NCBI GenBank assembly: GCA_964566535.1
Contig: CAZMIO010000002.1
Location: forward strand, 1-64,000
Reading direction: 5' to 3'
Source of the DNA: an uncultured Methanosarcinales archaeon
Lineage (GTDB): Archaea > Nanobdellota > Nanobdellia > Woesearchaeales > CAZOXR01
DNA: 64,000 bases
In this document: piece after piece, positions 52,663-62,782 of the stretch
Position numbering within the stretch: position 1 is the first letter of the stretch
How the letters are laid out: each line of letters begins with the position of its first letter
Position numbers and translations under genes: made by a program
The notes under the pieces: model-generated
What the model was told of the DNA's origin: nothing
Databases searched by the model: none
What the model saw: only the letters and a program-made list of their open reading frames with translations

Positions 52663-52967
52663 TTTTTATTTTTAACATAATCTTTCTGTATCAAAACCAT
52701 ATAGATAAACGAAGTTATAATCACCATCTCAAGTAAAGGAAATACTATCTTAGATACAGACATTACTCCTGCCATATCAAGAACAGTGAATATCTCTTCA
52801 ACAATAAAAACCAAAATGGAAAAGAACAAAAATTTCCAAGGTAAAATGTACGCTTTCTTATTAGGGGTCTTAAACAACTTAATAAAAAGAATCACAACTA
52901 TCAAAACAAGTACCAAATTATAGTACGGTGCCACAGCCCCTACACACGCTCCAAGATGTGAACTCAT
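52659..52967 (-). CDS. Small three-TM membrane protein
   Basis: PW+.L.F....F...EI motif shared with the neighbour; ATGA-coupled. Confidence 0.7.
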   Translation of the reverse strand: MSSHLGACVGAVAPYYNLVLVLIVVILFIKLFKTPNKKAYILPWKFLFFSILVFIVEEIFTVLDMAGVMSVSKIVFPLLEMVIITSFIYMVLIQKDYVKNKK

Positions 52968-53257
52968 TTTTTCTTGCCCTCATTAATATTAATCTGGAGC
53001 AATAAAGCAGCAATTAAGAAACCAAGAATAACTGTTGGAACTATATGCGTTAAAAAAGGAGTAGAAAAAATATTAAATGCCCTTAATGCCCCCAATATTT
53101 CTTGAACAGCAAAGAAGACCAAAGCAAAAATCAGCATTCTCCAAGGTTTAAACTCCTTCTTCCCTGAAACATTAAATAGCGAAACAGCAACAACTCCAGC
53201 AAAAACTGACAGTAGTAAATTCGCTATCTTAAGAATACCTTCAAAATATTGTACCAT
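52964..53257 (-). CDS. Small three-TM membrane protein, paralog of the neighbour
   Basis: KPWRMLIFALVFFAVQEI; GAGGTG SD. Confidence 0.7.
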   Translation of the reverse strand: MVQYFEGILKIANLLLSVFAGVVAVSLFNVSGKKEFKPWRMLIFALVFFAVQEILGALRAFNIFSTPFLTHIVPTVILGFLIAALLLQININEGKKK

Positions 53258-53373
53258 TCAACACCTCTTTTATATTTACATTTTTAGTTGTTAGATATAT
53301 AAAGCTTTGGATTTTTAGTTATTGTGAAATAATTTCAGACAACTTTATAAATCTCCCACTCTTATTAATTACA

Positions 53374-54543
53374 ATGGCAGGAAAGAAGAAATCAGTAAAA
53401 TCAAAGAAAAAAGGAGAAGTAAAACTTACAGAAAGAAAGAAATCTAATATTTATGAGCAGATTAAAGAGCTCCAACATGAAATCTCTACTACTAAATACA
53501 ACAAAGCTACCCAAGGAGCAATTGGACTTCTAAAAGCAAAGCTTGCAATGCTCAAAGAACGTGCAACTCAAAGAGCATCAGTTGGAAAAGCATCAGGAGA
53601 CACAAGATTCTCAGTTAGGAAAACAGGGGATGCAACAGTCATCCTCCTAGGATTCCCTTCAGTAGGTAAATCCACTTTACTAAACAAACTAACTAATGCA
53701 AAATCAGAGATAGCAAAATATGCCTTCACAACTCTAAGCGCAGTTCCAGGACTACTAAACTACAAATTCGCAAAAATCCAAATCATAGACGTTCCAGGAA
53801 TCGTTTCAGGGGCAGCATCAGGTAAAGGAAGAGGAAAAGAAGTCATAGCTATGCTAAGATCTGCAGACTTAATCCTCATCCTAGTAGATGCATTAGCTCC
53901 AGAACACTATAAAGCAATATTAAACGAAGTATACCAATCAGGAATTAGGATCAACCAGCAAAAACCAGATGTAAAGATTACAAAAAAAGAAAAAGGGGGA
54001 ATAACAATAGGCACAACAACCAGGCTAACAAAAATAGATCACACCATAATAACCAGCATAGCAAAAGAGATGAAACTAAATAACGCAGACATCCTCATTA
54101 GAGAAGATATAGATGACGGTCAATTGATAGACTGCATAACAGGAGACAAAATCTACACAAAAGCATTAGCAGTTATCACGAAAATAGACTTAATTGACAA
54201 ACCAACATTTGAAAAGATAAAAAAACAGATCAAACCAGATTTAGTAGTATCAGCAGAAAAAGAATACAATATAGGCAAACTAAAAGACGCAATCTATAAC
54301 AAGATGGGATTCATCAGAATCTTCTTAAAAGAAGCAAACAAAAAAGCAGACATGGAAGAACCATTGATCATGACTAAAGGAAGCACAATACATGATGTTT
54401 GCAATAAACTGCACCGTGACTTCATAGACAAATTCAAATTCGCAAGATTATGGGGTCCATCTGCCAAATTCGATGGACAAGTATTCAGAAAACTAAACAA
54501 AGGATTAGCAGATAAAGATATTCTAGAACTTCATATGAGGTAA
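53374..54543 (+). CDS. DRG/OBG-family GTPase
   Basis: YNKAT, GFPSVGKST, YAFTT, DVPG, TKID and a TGS domain. Confidence 0.94.
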   Translation: MAGKKKSVKSKKKGEVKLTERKKSNIYEQIKELQHEISTTKYNKATQGAIGLLKAKLAMLKERATQRASVGKASGDTRFSVRKTGDATVILLGFPSVGKSTLLNKLTNAKSEIAKYAFTTLSAVPGLLNYKFAKIQIIDVPGIVSGAASGKGRGKEVIAMLRSADLILILVDALAPEHYKAILNEVYQSGIRINQQKPDVKITKKEKGGITIGTTTRLTKIDHTIITSIAKEMKLNNADILIREDIDDGQLIDCITGDKIYTKALAVITKIDLIDKPTFEKIKKQIKPDLVVSAEKEYNIGKLKDAIYNKMGFIRIFLKEANKKADMEEPLIMTKGSTIHDVCNKLHRDFIDKFKFARLWGPSAKFDGQVFRKLNKGLADKDILELHMR

Positions 54544-54601
54544 CCTCATACCCATTCATTACAAACAAAGGTTTATAAACAATATTCTCTTCGTAAACCA
54601 T

Positions 54602-56329
54602 ATGGATTTTTACACAGAACTAACCTCAGTAATAAAGAAAAAAAAGCCAAACAAGAAGCAGCTTAACATAATCAAGATTAGACTCTGCTCTAAACACAAC
54701 ATAAAAAAAATCCCAACAGACATAGAAATTCTCCTAAACGCAAAAAAGAAAGACATCCCTAAAATAGCCCCTATCCTACTAACAAAACCAACCAGAACTA
54801 TCAGCGGAGTTGCAGTCGTAGCAACTATGACTAGACCATTCCAATGCCCTCATGCAAAAAAAGGCAAGGGTCCGTGCATAATGTGTCCAGGTGGACCAAA
54901 AAGCCATTTTGGCTCAGTCCCTCAATCATACACTGGAAAAGAACCAGCAACAAAAAGAGCAATAAGAAACAAATACGATCCATACCTCCAAGTTTTCAAC
55001 AGACTAGAACAATACATAGTCCTAGGCCAAGACATAAGTAAGATAGAACTCATCGTAATGGGCGGAACCTTCCCCTCATTCCCAACTAAATACCAAGAAG
55101 ACTACATAAAATACTCACTAAAAGCAATGAACGACTTTAGCTCATTATTCTTCACAAAAGATAAATTCAACTTTGAAAAGTTCAAGAAATTCTTCGAGTT
55201 ACCAGGAGATATCCACAATGAAGACAGAATCAAAAGAATCCATAAAAAACTATTCGCCCTAAAAAACAAATCACAATCATCACTAGAAAAAATACAAACA
55301 CAAAACGAAACATCAAATGTCAGAAATGTTGCCCTATGCATTGAAACACGTCCAGACTACGCAACGCTAAAACATGCAAATGAAATGTTAAGACTAGGCT
55401 GCACAAGAGTAGAGCTAGGAGTCCAAACAGTCTACGACCAAGTACTAAAGAAAATAAAACGGGGTCACACAATCAAAGATTCAATTGATTCAACAAAAGT
55501 TCTAAAAGACCTAGGATTCAAAGTTTCTTATCATATGATGCCCGGCCTACCAGGTGTAGACAAAGAACATGACCTATTCTCATTAGCAGCAATACTAATG
55601 GACCAAGACTTCCGCCCAGACATGTTAAAATTATATCCTTGCATGGTCCTAGAAGGAACAGAACTATACAACATTTACAAAAAAAACAAATTCAAACCAT
55701 TAACAACAAAACAAGCAGCAGAAATCATAGCAGAATTCAAGGACATGGTTCCAAAATGGATTAGAATAAGCAGAGTTCAAAGAGACATTCCGACTTTCAT
55801 GACAAGTTCCGGAGTTGACAAAACAAACTTAAGGCAATACGTAGAAAAAGAACTAATAAGAAAGAAAATAAAATGTAACTGCATAAGATGTAGAGAAGTA
55901 GGACATAAATTAAACAAAAATCCCAAATTAAAGATAAGATTAAAAGACATAGAAATAGTAACTCAACATTACACAGCTTCAGATGGAAATGAATTCTTTA
56001 TTTCAGCAGAAGACACTAAAAACAATATCCTTCTAGGCTACTGCAGACTAAGATTCCCTCAACAATACCTAAGGAAAGAGATTCCAGCTGACTCAGTATT
56101 AATCAGAGAACTCCATGTATTTTCACCAGCACTAAAAATCGGAAAAAGATCAAAAACATCATTCCAACATATGGGAATAGGGAAAAAGTTATTAAAAACA
56201 GCAGAAGAAATATCTAAAAGCTACTTCAGAGATAAAGTAGTCATCATCTCAGGAATAGGAGCAAGAAACTACTACAAAAAGCTAGGCTACAAAAAAGAAG
56301 GCCCTTATATGGTTAAACAACTAAAATGA
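54602..56329 (+). CDS. elp3: Elp3 tRNA uridine(34) carboxymethylase (radical SAM + KAT)
   Basis: RTISGVAVV, CPH....C..CPGG, QSYTG.EPA, ETRPD, RVQRDIP, RELHV, QH.G.G. Confidence 0.96.
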   Translation: MDFYTELTSVIKKKKPNKKQLNIIKIRLCSKHNIKKIPTDIEILLNAKKKDIPKIAPILLTKPTRTISGVAVVATMTRPFQCPHAKKGKGPCIMCPGGPKSHFGSVPQSYTGKEPATKRAIRNKYDPYLQVFNRLEQYIVLGQDISKIELIVMGGTFPSFPTKYQEDYIKYSLKAMNDFSSLFFTKDKFNFEKFKKFFELPGDIHNEDRIKRIHKKLFALKNKSQSSLEKIQTQNETSNVRNVALCIETRPDYATLKHANEMLRLGCTRVELGVQTVYDQVLKKIKRGHTIKDSIDSTKVLKDLGFKVSYHMMPGLPGVDKEHDLFSLAAILMDQDFRPDMLKLYPCMVLEGTELYNIYKKNKFKPLTTKQAAEIIAEFKDMVPKWIRISRVQRDIPTFMTSSGVDKTNLRQYVEKELIRKKIKCNCIRCREVGHKLNKNPKLKIRLKDIEIVTQHYTASDGNEFFISAEDTKNNILLGYCRLRFPQQYLRKEIPADSVLIRELHVFSPALKIGKRSKTSFQHMGIGKKLLKTAEEISKSYFRDKVVIISGIGARNYYKKLGYKKEGPYMVKQLK

Positions 56330-57261
56330 AAAAATACATCGAAGAAAAGATTGAATTCAAACCAAAATTCATAGAACACTACAAGAAACTAACAGATTGG
56401 GAACTGTTCAAAAAATACTCCTTAACATTCTTAAGACGTTCAATTAGAGTAAACACCCTAAAAATCTCAATAGAGGAACTAAAAAAGAGGATGGAGAAAA
56501 CCTGGACCCTTACTCAAGTACCTTGGTGCAAAGAAGGATTCTGGATTGAACATCATCAAGGCAGAAGAGACATAGGAAACACAATAGAACATTCATTAGG
56601 CTACATCTATGTGCAAGAAGCAGCCTCAATGATACCTCCAGTGGTATTAGACCCAAAGCCAGACGAAACAATCCTAGATATGTGCGCATCTCCAGGCTCA
56701 AAATCAACTCAAATAGCCCAATACATGAACAATACTGGAATCTTAGTAACAAATGACTACAAGGGAATAAGAATAGCCCCATTAGGAATAAATCTGCAAA
56801 GAATGGGCATCACAAACAACATAACCACCCTAATGGAAGGCCGTTTCTTCAAAGACTTCAAATTCGATAAGATTTTAGTTGACGCTCCATGCTCTGGAAC
56901 TGGAACAATAAGAAAATCTCTAAAAACATTAAGAATCTGGAACCTCAACGTTGTCAAAAGATTAGCAGGAACTCAAAAACAATTGATAGACACAGCCTAC
57001 CAAAACCTAAAAGATGGCGGAACCTTAGTCTACTCAACCTGCTCTTGCGAACCAGAGGAAAACGAATCAGTAGTTGACTTCCTATTAACAAAATATCCTA
57101 AAGCAAAACTAGAAAAAATAGACCTCCCAATCAAAAAGAGCCCACCAATCCTAGAATTCGAAGGAAAAAAGTTCAACGAAGAAATAGAAAAGTGCTTAAG
57201 AATCTGGCCTCAAGATAATGATACAGAAGGATTTTTCGTTGCTAAGGTAAAGAAGCAATAA
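56326..57261 (+). CDS. NOL1/NOP2/Sun-family RNA m5C methyltransferase
   Basis: QEAASMIP, DMCASPGSK, DAPCSG, YSTCS. Confidence 0.95.
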   Translation: MKKYIEEKIEFKPKFIEHYKKLTDWELFKKYSLTFLRRSIRVNTLKISIEELKKRMEKTWTLTQVPWCKEGFWIEHHQGRRDIGNTIEHSLGYIYVQEAASMIPPVVLDPKPDETILDMCASPGSKSTQIAQYMNNTGILVTNDYKGIRIAPLGINLQRMGITNNITTLMEGRFFKDFKFDKILVDAPCSGTGTIRKSLKTLRIWNLNVVKRLAGTQKQLIDTAYQNLKDGGTLVYSTCSCEPEENESVVDFLLTKYPKAKLEKIDLPIKKSPPILEFEGKKFNEEIEKCLRIWPQDNDTEGFFVAKVKKQ

Positions 57262-57396
57262 ATAGCAACAAAAATCTCAATGAACGAGCATAGCGAAGTG
57301 ACATAGCTTCTTCGTAGCAAAAACAATAAATTCTACCCATTATAAGAACGCAACATTTTTATACAAGTTCTATAATCTAGAAAGTTCAAATACAAG

Positions 57397-57663
57397 GTGA
57401 AAAAAATGAATGAACCAAGACAAACTACAAGCGGCGATTTAGATTCAAACCTAGGACCTGCAGATCAAACTAGTGATAGTATAGCTAATGTTATTAGGGG
57501 TGCTGACATAAAACCTCATTCTGGTAAACAACCCCTTTCTAATCCAGATAGATCTGCAGAAGAACCAAGTAGGGTGATGATCAAAGGGGTGGTCCCAGCA
57601 GACAACTATGTAGTTGCATTCCCAGATGAGCTAGAAGGTTACGATCACGCTAATTATGGTTAA
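57397..57663 (+). CDS. Hypothetical, largely disordered protein
   Basis: ORF between trm and hyd genes with a GGTGA SD before ATG 57406; no motif. Confidence 0.5.
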   Translation: MKKMNEPRQTTSGDLDSNLGPADQTSDSIANVIRGADIKPHSGKQPLSNPDRSAEEPSRVMIKGVVPADNYVVAFPDELEGYDHANYG

Positions 57664-57723
57664 CCAATTTCTAATCCTTAAAAACAGAAACGCATATAAA
57701 TACTTAACAACAGTAAAACCAAT

Positions 57724-58137
57724 ATGCAAAAAAAAGAGGATAGAACCTACTTATTGAACCAACTTAGAGCAATCCAAAATAAACACAATTCTCTCCCAGA
57801 AAAAGAGATAAGGTCCCTTTCTAAGAAAACAAACATTCCAGTTGTAAAGATATACGAAGCAGCTTCCTTCTACACTCAATTCAACTTCAAAAAGAAAGGG
57901 AAAAACACCATAAGAATCTGCAACAGCCCTTCATGCTACCTAAATGGTTCTCTAAACATAATAAACGAAGCAAAAAAACTTCTGAAAATAGATGTAAACG
58001 AAACAACAAAGAACAAAAAATTCTCACTTGAACTCACATCATGTATTGGTTGCTGCAATAATCCCCCAGCATTAATGCTAAACGATGAACTAATCACAAA
58101 CATAACAAAACCAAAACTAAAAAAGATGCTAAAATGA
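57724..58137 (+). CDS. NuoE/HydC-like [2Fe-2S] subunit
   Basis: ASFY..F, C.SPSC...G, CIGCC..PP. Confidence 0.92.
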   Translation: MQKKEDRTYLLNQLRAIQNKHNSLPEKEIRSLSKKTNIPVVKIYEAASFYTQFNFKKKGKNTIRICNSPSCYLNGSLNIINEAKKLLKIDVNETTKNKKFSLELTSCIGCCNNPPALMLNDELITNITKPKLKKMLK

Positions 58138-59234
58138 AAATATTAGAAAAATCAAGTTTGCAAGCCTGGAAAAAAGTGAAAAAACTAGGCCCAGATAAAA
58201 CAATAGCCCTACTAAAAAAGAAAGGACTAACAGGTAGAGGGGGAGCTGGTTTCTCAACCGGATTAAAATGGGAGCTAACAAGAAAAACAAAAGCAGATGA
58301 AAGATTCATCATCTGCAATGCAGACGAAGGAGAGCCAGGAACATTCAAAGACAAACTCCTACTTGAAGAAGCCCCAGAGAACATAATCGAAGGAATATTA
58401 ATTGCAGCTTACTGTATCAAAGCAAAACAAGCATACATCTATCTAAGAGGAGAATACATTTCCCTAAAACAAAAACTAGAAAGCACAATAAGTAACCTAG
58501 TAAGAAACTCAAAAATAAAAATAGACATAATCCAAGGTGCAGGAGCTTACATCTGTGGTGATGAAACAGCCATCATCTCCTCAATAGAAAACAAAAGAGG
58601 TTACCCTCACTTCAAACCACCATACCCACCACAAAAAGGCTTATACGGAAAACCAACAGTAATCAACAATGTAGAAACCCTAGCAAACGTACCACTAGCC
58701 CTAACAAAAAAAGACTGGAGCGACAACCTAAGACTATTCTCTATATCGGGAGATGTCTCAAAACCTGGAGTTTATGAACTAAAAATAAACTCAAAACTAG
58801 GCCAAATAGCAAAACTAGCAAAAGCAAAATCTCCAAAAGCAGTTTACTTCGGAGCAGCTGGAGGATTAATACCCTACAAACCAAACCTAATAATAAATAG
58901 TGAAAACATCTGCAAAGAAGAAGCATCATTAGGCTCATGCTCATTAATCTTTGTAAGCAAATCAAGAAACATCTTAGACTTAGCATTAAACATATCACAA
59001 TTCTTCAAACATGAATCCTGCGGCAAATGCACGCCATGCAGAGAAGGCAACGTCCATGTCCTAAAACTCCTAGAAAAAATAAAAACAAACCAGGCATCCA
59101 AACAAGACATTGAACTGCTAGAAAAACTATCAAAAACAATTAGAGACACCGCATTATGCGGATTAGGGCAATCATGCACCAACCATGTTCTAACTGCATT
59201 AAACCAATTCAACAAAGAATTCAAAACAAAATGA
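58134..59234 (+). CDS. NuoF/HydB-like FMN/NADH-binding subunit, minimal form
   Basis: GRGGAGF, CNADEGEPGTFKD, GAGAYICGDET, NNVET, ESCGKCTPCREG, LCGLG; no C-terminal 2[4Fe-4S] domain. Confidence 0.93.
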   Translation: MKILEKSSLQAWKKVKKLGPDKTIALLKKKGLTGRGGAGFSTGLKWELTRKTKADERFIICNADEGEPGTFKDKLLLEEAPENIIEGILIAAYCIKAKQAYIYLRGEYISLKQKLESTISNLVRNSKIKIDIIQGAGAYICGDETAIISSIENKRGYPHFKPPYPPQKGLYGKPTVINNVETLANVPLALTKKDWSDNLRLFSISGDVSKPGVYELKINSKLGQIAKLAKAKSPKAVYFGAAGGLIPYKPNLIINSENICKEEASLGSCSLIFVSKSRNILDLALNISQFFKHESCGKCTPCREGNVHVLKLLEKIKTNQASKQDIELLEKLSKTIRDTALCGLGQSCTNHVLTALNQFNKEFKTK

Positions 59235-60937
59235 TTAAACTAAAAATAAACGGAGAAGAAGTAAAAGCAAAAGAAGGAGAATTCATTATTGATGTTGCTA
59301 AAAAGAGCAGTATCAACATCCCCCATCTCTGCTACAACGAAAGATTAGAAAGAATTGGGGCCTGTAGACTCTGTGTTGTAGAAGTAAAAGGAATGGAAAA
59401 ACTACAAGCATCTTGCTGCACCCAAGTAAGAGATGGCATGGACATCAACACTCATTCTCCAAAAGTCCTTGACGCAAGAAGGCTAAATATCCAACTCCTC
59501 CTAGCAAACCACGACTTAAACTGCACAATCTGTAAAGAAAACCTAATGTGCAAAGTCCAAAAATATGCTTCTGAACTTATGATTGAAGATTCAATATTCG
59601 AAGATTTAGAAAGAAATGAACCACCAGACAATTCCAGCGTATCAATAAGACGAGACAACAACAAATGTATCCTCTGCGAACAATGTGTAAGGATCTGCAA
59701 TGATGTACAGACAGTTTATGCAATTGGAATGGCTCACAGAGGAGTAGGCACAAGAATAACACCTAACTTTAACCACAACATGAAAGAAAGTTCCTGCATC
59801 AACTGCGGACAATGTGTTGTTGCCTGCCCAACAGGAGCATTAACAGAAAAAAGTGATGTTCAAGGAGTTATAGATGCCCTAAACTCAGACAAATTCCTAA
59901 TTGCACAAACTGCTCCATCAATAAGAGCTACTTTAGGAGAACTCTTCGGACTACCAGCAGGAACTCCGGTAACTGAAAAGATGGTTACGGCCCTAAAACA
60001 AATAGGATTTGACAAAGTCTTCGATACTGACTTAGGAGCGGACATAACAATAATTGAAGAAGCAACTGAATTCATAAAAAGACTAAAAGAAAACAAAAAC
60101 CTCCCCCTCATAACAACCTGCTGCCCAGCTTGGATAAAATTTGGTGAGCAATTCTACTACAATGAATTAAATAAAAACATGTCAACATGTAGAAGCCCCC
60201 AAGCAATTCTAGCATCATTAGTAAAAACATACTACGCTAAAAAAATAAACAAAGACCCAAAAGATATCATACTTGTCGACATAATGCCTTGCACTGCAAA
60301 GAAATATGAAATCTTAAGACCAGAATTCAACGGAGAAGCAGACTTCGTTCTAACAACAGTAGAGCTAGCCAAGCTACTAAAAGAGCTAAATGTAGATTTC
60401 CTCAAACTAGAAGATTCGGAATTTGACAACCCATTAGGAGCCAGTTCAGGAGCAGGAGACATATTCGGCCGTACAGGCGGAGTTATGGAAGCAGCATTAA
60501 GAACAGCAGCAGACTGGCTAACTAAAAAAGACCTAAAAGCAATCGACTATCATAGCATCAGAGGTATGGACGAAATAAAAGAAGCAGAAATCAAAATAGG
60601 AAAAGACAAGATAAAAATATGTGTAGTCCATACAATGGGAGCAGCAAGAAAACTTCTTGACCAGATAAAAGAAGGAAAAAGCCCATACCATTTCATAGAA
60701 ATCATGGCATGCTACGGTGGATGTATAGGTGGTGGTGGACAACCCCCCTCTCATAATAAAGAAATATTAAAAAAGAGAATCAACGCATTAATAAAAGTTG
60801 ACGAGAAAAAGAAGCTAAGAAAATCTCACAAAAACCCAGCAGCAACCAAGCTCTACAAGGAATATTTGGGAAAACCCGGCTCAGAAAAAGCCCATAAACT
60901 CTTACATACAAAATATAGTAAGAAGGGTTATGTTTGA
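59231..60937 (+). CDS. hydA: [FeFe]-hydrogenase catalytic subunit (group A, trimeric A3-type)
   Basis: H-cluster motifs TTCCPAW, MPCTAKKYE, EIMACYGGCIGGGGQP; N-terminal [2Fe-2S], His-ligated [4Fe-4S] and 2x[4Fe-4S]; start at ATG 59231. Confidence 0.96.
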   Translation: MIKLKINGEEVKAKEGEFIIDVAKKSSINIPHLCYNERLERIGACRLCVVEVKGMEKLQASCCTQVRDGMDINTHSPKVLDARRLNIQLLLANHDLNCTICKENLMCKVQKYASELMIEDSIFEDLERNEPPDNSSVSIRRDNNKCILCEQCVRICNDVQTVYAIGMAHRGVGTRITPNFNHNMKESSCINCGQCVVACPTGALTEKSDVQGVIDALNSDKFLIAQTAPSIRATLGELFGLPAGTPVTEKMVTALKQIGFDKVFDTDLGADITIIEEATEFIKRLKENKNLPLITTCCPAWIKFGEQFYYNELNKNMSTCRSPQAILASLVKTYYAKKINKDPKDIILVDIMPCTAKKYEILRPEFNGEADFVLTTVELAKLLKELNVDFLKLEDSEFDNPLGASSGAGDIFGRTGGVMEAALRTAADWLTKKDLKAIDYHSIRGMDEIKEAEIKIGKDKIKICVVHTMGAARKLLDQIKEGKSPYHFIEIMACYGGCIGGGGQPPSHNKEILKKRINALIKVDEKKKLRKSHKNPAATKLYKEYLGKPGSEKAHKLLHTKYSKKGYV

Positions 60938-61698
60938 GTCCTAACTGGGTTTCTCAATTCTCCAATCTGTGGAGAATAAACAGTAACTATATCTCCTTCC
61001 TGAGCATAGCATCTCTTTGGAAGCATTAGTCCGCTTCCAGTCATTATGACTGTTCCTGCAGGAAGAAAATCACCTTCAATTTGAATCTCTTTTGATGGTG
61101 GTACATCTCCCTTATATTTTCCATTATATATTCTCATAATAAGCCCAGGAATATCTGCAAATTCTACATTTCTATCTACAGTTGAATAACTATTATCATA
61201 AATAATTTCACCATCACGTTCTATTCTAATACCAATCTCCAAATTATTAAGATATTCCCTATTATCAAGTGTAAGAATACGCCCAATGGATGTACTCCCT
61301 TGCCACCTCTTACCCAAATCAGTCCCATCATGCCACGTTCCATCTTCTTTCTTATACCTTCCCTCACCAAGTTCTAAACCATGTGCAGTAAAATCATTAC
61401 CTAAACCATACCCAATAACTTCATGATTTTCTCCTAGTAAAATTACTAACTCAGGTTCATACCAATGATCAACCAGTTCTCCAGTTTCTGGATGTGTTCT
61501 TAGAATCAAGGGGTCTCCATCTCTAACCACAGATTCCAAAGGCCCAACCTTAACAAAAAAAGAATGGTCCCCTGTTTGAGAGCTATGTCTACCCGACTGT
61601 AAATGTTCAGTTCTACTCCTCCTAAGATTCCTGCTCCCTCTTCCTTGACCATAAGCTAAGCCTATGACTTGAGTTATGTCACAATAATCCATTTTCAT
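60928..61698 (-). CDS. Fumarylacetoacetate-hydrolase-superfamily protein
   Basis: FFVK, YEPELVI, GYGLGNDFTA, GTVIMTGSG, GDIV.V....IGELRNPV. Confidence 0.82.
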   Translation of the reverse strand: MKMDYCDITQVIGLAYGQGRGSRNLRRSRTEHLQSGRHSSQTGDHSFFVKVGPLESVVRDGDPLILRTHPETGELVDHWYEPELVILLGENHEVIGYGLGNDFTAHGLELGEGRYKKEDGTWHDGTDLGKRWQGSTSIGRILTLDNREYLNNLEIGIRIERDGEIIYDNSYSTVDRNVEFADIPGLIMRIYNGKYKGDVPPSKEIQIEGDFLPAGTVIMTGSGLMLPKRCYAQEGDIVTVYSPQIGELRNPVRTQT

Positions 61699-62782
61699 AC
61701 ATTTCCCTAACCTCTTTTGTTGAAAAACTTCTTCTTTGAGTTATTGACATATCTTTTATCACATCTCTCATTTCAAGATATCTCTCCTTAGGCTGCGGAT
61801 CTTCCAATATTCTCTCAAACAAATATTGAAAGTTACTTGCTCCACTTTGTTTTCCAAAAAACAGAATTGGAGGTTTCTTAGGAAAGGGATTATATGTTCT
61901 AGGATCCTTCAATAGACCATTTACATGCAATCCTGATTCCACATATTGTGCTTCTTCACTAAAAGGTTTTGCAGGACCCATTCTAGAAAAATCTCTAACT
62001 AAGGCGACAACTTCTGGAATCCCATTATAGTCTATATTCTCTGCCACAATACCATGTTCAGCTCTTAACCTCAAAAGTACATTTTCAATAGATATATTGC
62101 CTGCCCTCTCCCCTATCCCTGTAAATGTTCCAGAAATAATTTCAGCACCAGACAATACCCCTTGAATTGTATTCTCAGTTGCCAAACCTAAATCATTATG
62201 ATAATGTAATCCAACCCTGTTTCCTGTTTCTCCAATAAATCTTCGAACAAAATCTCCTGATTCTTCAGGTTTCAATACTCCAATGGTATCACAAATAAAA
62301 AAATAATCAATAAAAGATTGTAAATACCTTCCAAGCTGACTTAGATAACTAAAATCAGCCCTGGTTGAATCTTCACCTGCAAAATCTACATAAAGTCCAC
62401 AAGATCTTGCATATTTTGCAACATCAATAGACCTTTCAAGAATTTCCTCCCTGCTCACCCCCCGACTATTAAGAAGAATATCAGAAACGCCATAGACTAA
62501 CATTATTCTCTTAACATTATTCTCAACTGCTAAATCCACATACCTCTCATCAAGCATACTTAGTGGAGTTATAGGAATATTCTTTTGAGCTAATTTTTTA
62601 ATTAAACCATCTTCCACTTCATGCACTCCTGACATTAAAACTATTTCTTGTATTCCAACTTCTTTAAACGCTTCAGCTAAACGGTCTTTTTGTGTGGTTG
62701 TAAAAAAAACACCAACTTGCTGTTCTCCGTCCCTTATTGTATCATCATAAATTTTTATATTCATTTTAATTCCTTCAGCCAT
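61679..62782 (-). CDS. DRE-TIM metallolyase (homocitrate/isopropylmalate synthase-like, no regulatory domain)
   Basis: DDTIRDGEQ, EDSTRAD, CDTIG, HYHNDLGLA, GIGERAGN, ESGLH. Confidence 0.88.
   Translation of the reverse strand: MAEGIKMNIKIYDDTIRDGEQQVGVFFTTTQKDRLAEAFKEVGIQEIVLMSGVHEVEDGLIKKLAQKNIPITPLSMLDERYVDLAVENNVKRIMLVYGVSDILLNSRGVSREEILERSIDVAKYARSCGLYVDFAGEDSTRADFSYLSQLGRYLQSFIDYFFICDTIGVLKPEESGDFVRRFIGETGNRVGLHYHNDLGLATENTIQGVLSGAEIISGTFTGIGERAGNISIENVLLRLRAEHGIVAENIDYNGIPEVVALVRDFSRMGPAKPFSEEAQYVESGLHVNGLLKDPRTYNPFPKKPPILFFGKQSGASNFQYLFERILEDPQPKERYLEMRDVIKDMSITQRRSFSTKEVREMYENGLL

Noticed and set aside
57281..57324. GC-richer stretch TGAACGAGCATAGCGAAGTG... after the m5C methyltransferase
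   Set aside because: Looks REP-like but occurs once in the window with weak pairing
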